DNA of 64,000 nucleotides from contig NC_042997.1 of the NCBI RefSeq assembly GCF_006345805.1, forward strand, positions 22,320,001 to 22,384,000, read 5' to 3'. Shown piece by piece: positions 52,403 through 62,679 of the stretch; position 1 is the first letter of the stretch; every line of letters starts with the position of its first letter. The stretch is from Octopus sinensis (lineage: Eukaryota). The notes beneath the pieces were generated by a model. That model made no database searches. It worked only from the letters and a program-made list of their open reading frames with translations, and was not told where the DNA came from. Both the position numbers and the translations under genes were made by a program.

Positions 52403-53878
52403 ATATCCTTGAAATTAAAATTAATAATGTATAGAATTAATTGAGCTAACACCTTTATCAAAGTACAAAAATACATTCATATAAGTTAGAAATACTTTCA
52501 TCTTTCTTGAAATAGCTTAAATAATTATATCTAAAAACCTTAATTTTATTTTATCCAATTTTTTGTTTGTTTTTTAGCATGATTAGACAGATGTAAAAGG
52601 AAGTAAATTTTCCATTGTGTTAAAGCAATCAGTAAATATTTTTAACATCATAACTTATAGATATCCTTATCTATATAGCTTAGATCCTTCTAGAAGATTT
52701 ACATCTCCCTACTGACCGCTAGCATTCCAACATTTACAAGATAATAGCAATTAAAGCTGTTGATGTCTTGAGCTCAATGGAAGTTCAGTGATTACTTTGG
52801 GTAAAATAAACATGCATATGTGTTTATACATGTGCATGTTTAATCTCCCATTGATATAAGATGGCTGATAATGATTTTAATAAAAGGTCAGAATTTTCAA
52901 CATATAACTGGAATGTAAGAGAGATGAAAAACAAAAGTACCCAAGAATTCATTTAAGGTAAACAAGAGAAACATGATCTCAAATAACAGAATAATTATAA
53001 TACCGGTGAAGAGAAAGTGTCAGATATCTTGTCTTTATTTTAACATCTGTTTGGTACCATGGAGAAAGCACCTACACCAGTGCCATGTAAAAGCACCCAT
53101 GCCACTGCTGCATAAAAGCACCTAGTATACTCTATAAAGTGTTTTGTATTAGGAAGGGCATCCAGCCATTGAAACCATGCCAAAACAGACATGGATCCCA
53201 AGCAGCTCTTCAGCCAACATGGAAAATGGACATTAAATGATGATGATGATTTCCTGTTCTAGATTGGATGAGGAGTTTAAAAAATACTGATTTTACAGTA
53301 TGTGTATTATTGACAATATTTTATTAAGGTTTATTATGTGAGTATATGAATTTAACTGTCAGATCATCATCATCATCGTTTAACGTCCGCTTTCCATGCT
53401 AGCATGGGTTGGACGTACAGCTGGATGCCCTTCCTAACGGCAACCACTCCAAGAGTGTTGTTGGTTGCTTTTACATGCCACCAGCACAAGGGCCAGTCAG
53501 GTGGTACTGGCAACAGCCACAAAAAAATCGTGTTTTTTTTATGTGTCACCTGCACACCAGCACAAGTGCCAGTAAGGCGACGCTGGTAATGATCATGTTC
53601 AAATGGTGCTTTTTACATGCAATGGATATTTCTATAAAAAAAAAAGATAAAAGAAAAATCTTAATTAATAAGAAAAGTATGTTTAAGTAAATAAACTTGA
53701 ATAGTTATGATTAAGATGTTCGATAAAATGTATTTGTCAATTTTATTTTTAAGTATCAAACCATCGATATATATCAAGATCATTATATGAAAGTTTAAAA
53801 AATCAATTTTTTCTTTTAATATCATATTGTTTTGTATATTTGGCTTTTCCCACAATTATTTGCCTTAATTTTGATTAT
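52403..53878 (+). other. U12-type (minor) intron with AT-AT termini, 1476 nt
   Basis: 5' site ATATCCTT; branch-point-like GCCTTAAT at 53862-53869; the intron ends ...ttgattAT; the in-frame join gives GTT C|AT GAA GGA GGT. Confidence 0.82.
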
Positions 53879-53968
53879 ATGAAGGAGGTCTTTTGATGTT
53901 GTTGCCCTTCCTGCTTAGACAACACAAAGTCTGGAAAAACTGCAAACTACGGATCTTCACAGTAGCCC
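53879..53968 (+). CDS. kcc: KCC coding exon 13 in window, flanked by U12 introns on both sides
   Basis: (H)[29 protein letters not shown](Q); there is an in-frame TGA at 53872-53874 and no AG before the exon; ends at GTATCCTT; phase 1-1, 90 nt. Confidence 0.93.
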
Positions 53969-55861
53969 GTATCCTTTGAAAGACCAAAAGTTCAACATTT
54001 ACACCAAATATTTTTGATATCTAATTTTTCAGGGAATTTGTGTATATTCACAAATCTGAAGGAGGTTTTGTTGGGTGTTAGTAAGTATCACTTACTTTTT
54101 GAAGTGGATACAGCTTACATTTCAGGATATATGCCATTCAATATAGTGTAATGAATAAAGGGTGGCAAAAGTGAATATTTGCTAAGGACAGGAATTGGCA
54201 TTGGAGAGGAATTACTGTGAATGACAGATGTAAGAGTGAGGTGAAGGAGGAGAGCTAAGAAAGAGAGGGTTGGTGTGACAGCTGGCTGCCAAATGGCTGA
54301 TAGTGTATCTAGCTAGCAATGTGTTGTCTGAATTACTTAGTGAGTGTTACACAGAGAGATATGTCTAGACATTTAGTGAGGCACAACTAAATAGACAAGC
54401 ACACAAAATGTTAAGCACATGTAGTCAGTGAGTGTACAAATACAACGAAACATAATGTCTGAAAGGAGTGGAGAAGGATAGGAAGACAAAAGCTGTAAAA
54501 CCAAGGAGTAAAAAAGAAAAGAGTGAAGTGTTGAAACTAGAGGAAATGAAGGTAAATGTTCATACAAGTAAGAGCAAAGGTTCTCAGTTCAAAATTGACC
54601 TGTTGTGCTTTTCAATTATTAGATTGGTATATTCCAAACATGGGTTGACTAGATGTGAAGTGGTGATTGACAGCTTTCAGGATGCTTAGGATGGTATTAA
54701 GGACATTGAGCAGATGTCTAGGACTTGTTACTCACATACAAAGTCTTGCAGAACAGCATGTAATACAGTACATTAGATTAGCAAAAGTGCAATCAAAATG
54801 GTCAAAAACGGGTAGTTTACTCAAAGCCATATAGAGTAATGATGCTGGGGCTGAAGTGGGGAATATAGCATTAAGTGCAGGAGGAGCAGGCAAAGGTTCC
54901 AAGTTAGGTGTTAGGGACTTTGGAGTCAGAAATTTTACAGAGATTTTTATCACTTTTGAAGAGGAGTAGGTAAGACTTCGTAGAATATGGGAGCAGTAGT
55001 TAGGTCAAACTGTAAAAAAAATTTCAGAAATTATAAGGAAGTGAGTGAAAGATGAGGATGGAAGGGAATGTATGCCACAGGTTAGCAGTTCAAGACGTAG
55101 AAGAGCAGTGGCGCAGTTAATGGTGTGGGCGTAGCAATACCAGTGGAAGTTTGTGGCTACATTCAAAAGACTGTGTGACAATTCTTGAAATCAGAGGCTA
55201 TGGAAGAATAGATCTTTTAAAGCTAAATATTATCAGTCTAGTGCCATCAGGACTAGAGAGTTTGTCTACTGAAACCAAAGAATTTCCCTTTCCTTCTATT
55301 CTCTATGAGCTTTTATTTGGAATAACTGCTTTGCTGAAGGGGTTGCCCCTGCTACAACTTACTGTGTCCTCATCCTTGTTAGTAATTCTTGACATATCCC
55401 ATATAATAAATAATTGAAAGAAAACAAGTCTGAAAGTGGGAGTGAGCTCTAAGGATTCTTTACATGTGCACAGCATTATTATAAACAAATAGTTATATTT
55501 AGTGGCTGTTTGGCTGTTGCAACTTTTCCAGTCATGCTTTTTTTACACAGGATTTTTTTTAACACAGTAGATTTTTCTACAAAATAATAATTTGGTGGTA
55601 CTGAATTAACTGCCTTAAAATATTTTAAACGTGTGAGTGTGTGTGTTTGTTTGAGAGATTCAATAGAAAATCTAAAATAAATTAAATGGATTGCATTTTC
55701 TTTTGTTTGTATATTCTGAGATTAAATTCCTTTATGTTGACTTTACCTTTCATGTACACAAAATCAATAAAATAATACCAACAATTTGCTGGGATCAATA
55801 TACCATTCATTCAGTTTTTGGTATTCTGTATTTGTTATTTTCTTAATAATACACTTCTTAG
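53969..55861 (+). other. U12-type (minor) intron, GT-AG, 1893 nt
   Basis: 5' site GTATCCTTT; branch-point-like TTTCTTAAT at 55839-55847, about 15 nt from the AG; join C|AA = Gln. Confidence 0.9.
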
Positions 55862-55953
55862 AACTGGAAGATAACAGTATTCAAATGGAAAAGGATCTTA
55901 ACCAATACATGTATAACTTACGTATTGAAGCTGAAGTTAAAATTGTTGAGATG
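55862..55953 (+). CDS. kcc: KCC coding exon 14 in window
   Basis: (Q)[30 protein letters not shown]; cttag| and |gtaaga; phase 1-0, 92 nt. Confidence 0.96.
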
Positions 55954-56088
55954 GTAAGAAATTGTTATTGTTTCTTGATTTTAATGTTTTTCATCTATTT
56001 ATATTTTCCCCACCCTTTCAATAATGTACAGATTTTATATTTCATCACAGCTAACAGTTGTTGTCAAAAATAATATGTGTTTATAAAT

Positions 56089-56482
56089 AACTAGCACTAT
56101 CACCCGGCGTTGCTGGGTTTCTTTCGACCCTTTAGAATTGGAATTTTTGGAAAGTAAAAATTTTGCATTATGTAGCTTGTTATTCTCTTTAAGTGAACAT
56201 TTTTCTGGTTGAAATACACCGAAAAATGGCGACACAGCAGTCAAAAAAATCGTAAAAAATAGGATTTTCATAGAAAAAAAGCACCTTTTTGATGTAAATA
56301 ATTTTTGGTATTAACATGGTCCGATTTGAATTTTTTCTTCTACGGAATGAAGAGCAAGCCTTCTCCTATCATACTCTCAATTTTGGTCAACTTGCACCGC
56401 AGGGTCTCAGAGGAGATAGTGTTAGTTGAAGGCTACCAAACCTGCCATACACAGACAACTGCAGCTTTATATATACATAGAT
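56089..56482 (+). mobile_element. HINE/DINE-1-like element
   Basis: ACTAGCACTATCACCCGGCGTTGCTGGG start; CAGAC...CTTTATATATACATAGAT end. Confidence 0.6.
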
Positions 56483-58149
56483 GTATTTGAGTTGGCAATT
56501 TATATCAATAGGTCTCTTTAATAATATTTCGTATTGGTGTGAAGCGAATGTTTATTTGTCTTGTCATTAGTCTGTCCTTTGTTTTGATCAATTTGTATAT
56601 CATATTTGTCTATTTTGTCAACAGTCTGACATATAGGACATCCTCTTTTCTTTTTAAAATTGAATTTATTGACTTTACAAATATTCCTAAATCTCTTTTA
56701 AACATGCAAGCACAGGCATGTCTGTGTGGTAAGAAATTTGCTTCCCAACCACATGGTTCTGGATTCAGTCCCACTGCATAGCACTTTGGCAAATATCTTG
56801 TACTATAACCAGAGGCCAACCAAAGCCTTGTGAGTGGATTTGGTAGATGGAAACTGAAAAAGCCCCCATATATATATATATATATATTAAATTCAGACAC
56901 AGTAGGGTATTTAAATACCACTTGTTATAAAAGGAGCCATCACTCCTAAACCACCAATAATTCACTATTAAAATTCACACGGGCAATGCAACGAACATAT
57001 CAGAAAGAGGCTTACCTTCCTTGGAATACAGAAATAAGGTGTAAACTTACTAGCCACCTTATTATTATCATTATTATTATTAATAACGGTAATAATACTT
57101 CTTTGATTTATATATATATAAAATAAAATACAAAATGGGACAAGAACGCAAAACATCTGGACAACTAGGTGATACAAAAAGGGACAACAAAACATCCAGA
57201 TAAACAATACAAAAAAATCATGGACGGGTCATTCAAAGCCTTTTAGTTGCCATATTTCATTTATTAAAGAATTAGATGAAATCTGAAAACTATTGAGACA
57301 TCATAGTGGTGAGATACAAAGATATATGTTATAATACATTTAGCTCATATCAGCATGGAAAAAGTTTATAATGATGAATTGCTGAAAATTTACAGGCTGG
57401 CATAAGAACGGGCATCCAGCTGCAGAAACCGTGTCAAAGCAGACATTGGAGCTTGGAACAGTTCTCTAGTTTACATGCTCCTTTGAAATGTCCAACCCAA
57501 CATGGAAAACGGGTATTAAACAATGATGATAAGGAGGAGGAGGATTTTTAAGTATCATGATAAATTATATTCTCCTTCAACTTTCAAATCACTCTTTACT
57601 GACAATAGGTAGGAATTCTGCTGCTGAGAATATATGTTACAAGAAAACATTGAGTTAACCTTATATATATACAACATTCATATCTACAATTAAAAGACAA
57701 ACCATACCATAGACATTAACATATAACTAGAGACACAAGTATTGATGTCGGCAATGCCCAGAGAGCCTTATGTTGTAAGATAGCAAATGACTGACCTCCC
57801 GACCTTATACTTAAGAGAGAATTTTACAGAAGTTGATTCAGTGACAGTAATGACATCAGTTCTTGCTATTTTTACATGTTGGTATTGCATAACTGCTTTC
57901 TTTTGCAACTTTGGATTTGTGTATTATTAGAGTATTTTGCAATGGTAGATATAATGTTCCTTGACTAAGAAGACTTCACAATGCTTCAAGCAAGAATTCA
58001 TCTTAAAATCCTGTGTTCAGTTCTCTTGCATTGTAGCCTCTTATTTATTATAGTCCTTATGGAGAGGTGAGGCTGGTTTGCATATGGGTGACTGCTGGTC
58101 TTCCACAAATCAACCTTGCCCGGTCTTGTGCCTCAGAAGGATCTTCACC

Positions 58150-58745
58150 CCTTTTTCTCTGTAGCTAGACGGATACATGTGTTCTACATTTTGAGAAGTT
58201 ATGAACTGTTTCATGAGTCTTCGTCACACTGGTGTCCTTATTTTGACACCACTCTGACTAATTTTTCTTCTTTTCTTTATGCCTTTAACCCTCCAACACG
58301 GAGTATAGGCCACTTATAGTTGAATTCCATGTCGCATAATTTTTGGCTTCTGTACTAATACTCTGCCATGAATGTCCCCCCTTCTCTAGTTCCTTTTGTG
58401 TTGATCTCCGCCACGAGTTCTTAGGCCTACCTCTCCTTCTATATACATCCGGTTTCCACTGTAAAGCACTTTTCACTACATTTGGTATGTTTTTTCTAAT
58501 TATGCTACCAATCCACTTCCACTTTTTCTTAAATATTTGCTCCCTAATCGAAACTTCATTTGTTCTTTGCCATAGCTCTATATTGCTTATGTGTTCAGTC
58601 TAATTTTAAGTATCTGTTGATGAATGATTGTATTTGCTTATTTGACTTAACTGTTGTTCGCCATGTTTCAGCCCCATACAATAACACCGCTTTGAATAAT
58701 TCAAAACTTATAAAATTCCTCATCTCAGAAATACAGAAATGTGTT
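58150..58745 (-). mobile_element. RTE LINE C-terminal fragment
   Basis: FKAVLLYGAETW...WKWIGSI...ALQWKP...RRRGRPKNSWRRS. Confidence 0.75.
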
Positions 58746-58805
58746 TCTTGTGTTCTTTTGTCATAAATAATAATGTAAAAATTCTCCACCTCTTTATTTT
58801 CTCAG

Positions 58806-58901
58806 AGTAACTCTGACATATCTGCTTATACCTATGAACGAACCCTTATGATGGAACAAAGAACAGAACTGCTGAGTAATATGAGACTGCAGAAAGAAAC
58901 G
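58806..58901 (+). CDS. kcc: KCC coding exon 15 in window, WNK-SPAK site 1 motif
   Basis: [32 protein letters not shown]; ttctcag| and |gttagt; phase 0-0, 96 nt. Confidence 0.96.
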
Positions 58902-59511
58902 GTTAGTTTTCTTTCTTCTAATTTGCTAATTTGCCTCTAAATAAACTTAATCATCATTTATCTTTCTCTCATTATATTTTCTGATGCTGCTAGTTAGCAG
59001 AAGAAAGCATATTTAACCCATTATTATTCAGATTTCTCTGTCGAATGTAATGCTTATTTGTTCACATTGATAAAAAAATTAATCATACATTACATTGTAG
59101 CTTTGAGATTTCAGTGATGTGATTGCTTATTTTTAGAATAATATTCTAGGGTAAGTGTGAGAGGACAGCTCTGGTAGAATATTTGGACCAGATATGACTG
59201 GCTTAAATGCTAAAGGCTTAATTTCTGTATTGAAACAATTCTTAGTTGTAAGAATCATAATATAATGGATTTCAGCTAAATTTAAACAAAATGTCCACAC
59301 ATCATGTATTTATTAGAAAATATGCTTTTTGTTTCTAAAACCATTCATTTTGAAATTGACCATATCATCTAAAGAAGGTAATGAGAAATGGCTGCATACC
59401 TTACTGAAGCTAAAATATTCTACTGCTCTTTCTCTATTTTACCATATTTGTACTCAATTTTACTATATTTTTTTATGTGCAATGCACATTATTATTCTTC
59501 TTCTTCTTATT

Positions 59512-60080
59512 ATTATTGAGTGAGAGAGCAGTTCATGCCATCAAAGTGACACTGGGGTAAAATATATGAAGCCCAATATACCAATCATGACTCCCCGTCT
59601 GATAAGGGTACACCAGGCACATGCATCACAATCATATGTGCGCGACATGGTGATCTCATATCAAGATAAACAGCACATGACCTTGCAGGTGGGGCCCAGT
59701 TAGAATTTTCTTCAGGTTGAGTAGCCCATCCCACTCAAAAGGTCCCTGAATAAGGGTTGTTTAAGGATGTTGAAAGAACCACCCATGTTTCTAGAGGTGA
59801 ATTATTCAAACCCCAAAGAATCCCTCTCAACACATGGCTATGATGCTCCCCCACTACTTCTGCTCATGATCAGAGATGCACATATCATCAGCCACTAAGG
59901 GACATGCTCAACTGGTTAAGGTCAAACAACTGACAAGCAAATCTGTGGTATTGAGCAGAATATTTGCTGTAGCCCATCTTTTATACCAAGACAAAACAAT
60001 GTATATGATAACACTTCCAATCAGTTAAGATCAGAAGCTATGAGAGCCACTGCCTGGTACTGCAATAGGGCATTTTTTAT
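59512..60080. repeat. Interspersed repeat of about 570 bp flanked by (ATT)n
   Basis: Bases 59945-60080 are nearly identical to window bases 1-135, showing a second copy of the family. Confidence 0.75.
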
Positions 60081-60149
60081 TATTATTTATTATTATTATT
60101 ATTATTATTATTGTTATTAACATCATCATTATTATTATTATTATTATCA

Positions 60150-60195
<46 letters not shown>

Positions 60196-60202
60196 TACTA
60201 TT
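60076..60202. repeat. (ATT)n/(ATC)n trinucleotide microsatellite
   Basis: Visible array just upstream of exon 16; similar tracts at 130-215, 35080-35130 and 50167-50232. Confidence 0.95.
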
Positions 60203-60262
60203 AGGTGCAGACAATTATGTTTGTTCTAACTTCCTGGTGTTTGTTGTATTTTTGTTTTGTAG

Positions 60263-60465
60263 GCTCAGTCTATAATTGATCGTGCTCATAATCCTACTTC
60301 TCTGGAGTCAAAAGATGCGACATTGGAAACAGTTGTTGAAGAGGCCATTGAATTCAATGATGCTGCCAATTCACTAGAACTTGACCGAAGTCAATACACA
60401 TTTTCTCCATCAGAAGCAAAATCACTTGGAAAAGAATTAGGGAAAGAACTTTTCCAAATGAAACC
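60263..60465 (+). CDS. kcc: KCC coding exon 16 in window, variable C-terminal region
   Basis: AQSIIDRAHNPTSLESKDATLETVVEEAIEFNDAANSLELDRSQYTFSPSEAKSLGKELGKELFQMK(P); ttgtag| and |gttagt; open frame, phase 0-2, 203 nt; ends in the conserved F-x-x-K-P. Confidence 0.88.
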
Positions 60466-61039
60466 GTTAGTATTGAATTATTCTATTTGCTAACTGAAAA
60501 TTTTCAAGATTATTTCTTTTTTATAATTTTTGATGATTTCTCTTTAATGATAAACAAATTGTTTATTTTCTTTTGAACTTTAAAACTAATATAATTGAAC
60601 TTGTAAAGTGTCCTCTTTCTCTTTTTACTCATCCTGCTTAATATCAGTGCCAAATTTCCTATGTTGACATCTTTACTATCTTTAAAATGCAGACAACGAC
60701 AAGGTTTTCCAACCACATGGTTCCAGGTTCAATCTCACTGCGTGATACCTTAAGCAATTATTTTCTACTATAGTCTTAGGCCAACCAAAGTCCCGTGAAT
60801 GGATTTGGTAAACTGAAAGAAGTGTGTGTGTGTGTGTCTGTCTTTGTTCTTCACCACTGCTTGATTGCTGGTGTTGATATGTTTACATCCCCATAACTTA
60901 GCAGTTCAGCAAAGGAGACCAATTGAATAAGTTCCAGGCTTTAAAAAATAATAAGTGCTGGGGGTTGATTAATTCGATGAAAAGTTCTTCAAGGCAGTGC
61001 ACCAGCATGACCACAGTCTAATGACTGAAACAAGCAGAA

Positions 61040-61255
61040 GATTGAGTGTCAATATGAGGACAGAGTAGAAGATTCAGAAAGAGTTGGATGAGTCAGCTGA
61101 TGATTATGTAGGTACAGCAGCTCAGGAAACTCACTCTGATCAAACTCTTGAATTTGTTGGTGACATCCAGGCCATGATTGACAACAATCCTTCCAAGTCA
61201 ATTAGGCTCATTGTTCAGGACATGAGAGTGTCTGAGTCTCTTATCAGGCAGATAG
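61040..61255 (+). mobile_element. Tc1/mariner-type transposase fragment (HTH region)
   Basis: TLEFVGDIQAMIDNNPSKSIRLIVQDMRVSESLIRQIV resembles the second HTH of Tc1/mariner transposases. Confidence 0.5.
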
Positions 61256-61483
61256 TGCTCTCTTTTACTCTCTTTTACTTGTTTCAGTCATGTGACTGTA
61301 GCCATACTAGAGTACCGCCTTTTAGTCAAGCAAATCGACCCCAGGATTTATTCTTTGTAAGCCTAGTACTTATTCTATCGGTCTCTTTTGCCGAACGGCT
61401 AAGTTACGGGGATGTAAACACACCAGCATCGGTTGTCAAGCAATGTTGGGCGGACAAACACAGACATACAAACACCGAGACCT

Positions 61484-62136
61484 CTGGAAGTGTGCTGTGC
61501 GCGAGAAGACCCGGCAGGACAAGTGAGTCCATAACCCGTGGCCTTCTACATGGGATGGAGCCAGCCTACGTATGCATACCTTCCCTTCTTGGGACACAAA
61601 ACTCTACTTGTGAAGACGTGTTGAGGCAAGTGAGGATCAGAATCGAAATCGATCAATGGAAATTGCGGATGTGCTACCAGTGCCGGTGGCATGTCAAAAC
61701 TCTGCTTGTGAAGACCCGTTGAGGCAAGTGAGGATCAGAATCGAAATCGATCAATGGAAATCGATCAATGGAAATTGCAGATGTGTTACCAGTGCCGGTG
61801 GCATGTAAGAGAACTTTCCGTTTCGCGACCGTTGCCAGCACCGCCCCGTTTCGTGTCTGTTGCCAGCCTCGCCTGGCCCTCGTGCTGGTGGCACATAAAA
61901 AGCACCATCCGTTCGTGGCCGTTTGCCAGCTCTGTCTGGCACCAATGCGGGTGGCACGTAAAAAGCACCCACTACACTCACGGAGTGGTTGGCGTTAGGA
62001 AGGGCATCCAGCCGTAGAAACACTGCCAGATTTGACTGGGCCTGATGAAGCCTTCTGGCTTCACAGACCCCAGTAGAACCGTCCAACCCATGCTAGCATG
62101 GAAAACGGATGCTAAACGATGATGATGATGATGATG
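61484..62136 (+). mobile_element. Young RTE LINE 3' end inserted into a family-B SINE
   Basis: Begins RDLWKCAVREKTRQDK*, has a roughly 90-bp internal tandem duplication, is CpG-rich and ends in (GAT)n; splits an antisense SINE (about 61255-61480 and 62137-62300). Confidence 0.75.
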
Positions 62137-62664
62137 ACAAGCTTCTTTCAGTTTCTGTCTACCAAATCCACTCACAAGGCTTTGGTTGGCCCAAGGCTAT
62201 ATAGTAGAAGACACTTGCCCAAAGTGCCATGCAATGGGACTGAACTTGGAACCATGTGGTTGATAAGCAAGCTACTTATCACACTGCCACTCCTACGCCT
62301 ATGAAGTGCATAAAGACATTCGGTATTCCTCATACAAGATGAGAAAAGATCAATTTTTGTCCCAAACCAAGGACAAAAGGAAATAGGATTTTGTCTGGCA
62401 AAAGGACTCTACACCATGCCACCCATGCAGGAAAGCACAGTAATGGCTGTCAGTCAATTTCTGTGACCCCATCACCCCTAAAATCTGGCCACCTAACTCC
62501 CCAGACTGCAACCTCCTTGATTATTATGTGTAGAACATAGTGTTAAAATGAAATGTCAGTGTTATTTTCATTTTTGCATAATTTAGACAACAATATATAT
62601 ATATATATATGTATATTTTTTTTTTTTCTTTTTTTCTTTCTTTCCTTCCAACTTCATTTTTAAG

Positions 62665-62679
62665 ACAACAAAGAATTTG
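62665..62679 (+). CDS. Candidate 15-nt KCC microexon
   Basis: About 45-nt pyrimidine tract, then ttttaag|ACAACAAAGAATTTG|gtaagt; frame-preserving; lies directly after the MKP exon. Confidence 0.5.

Noticed and set aside
54200-55440. Additional minus-strand ORFs (54732-54953, 55303-55488)
   Set aside because: Probably a highly degraded LINE 5' region with many stops; too decayed to classify confidently.
61084-61722. Longest ORF in the track (212 aa)
   Set aside because: Chimera of a Tc1-like fragment, an antisense family-B SINE and an RTE 3' end; no coherent protein.
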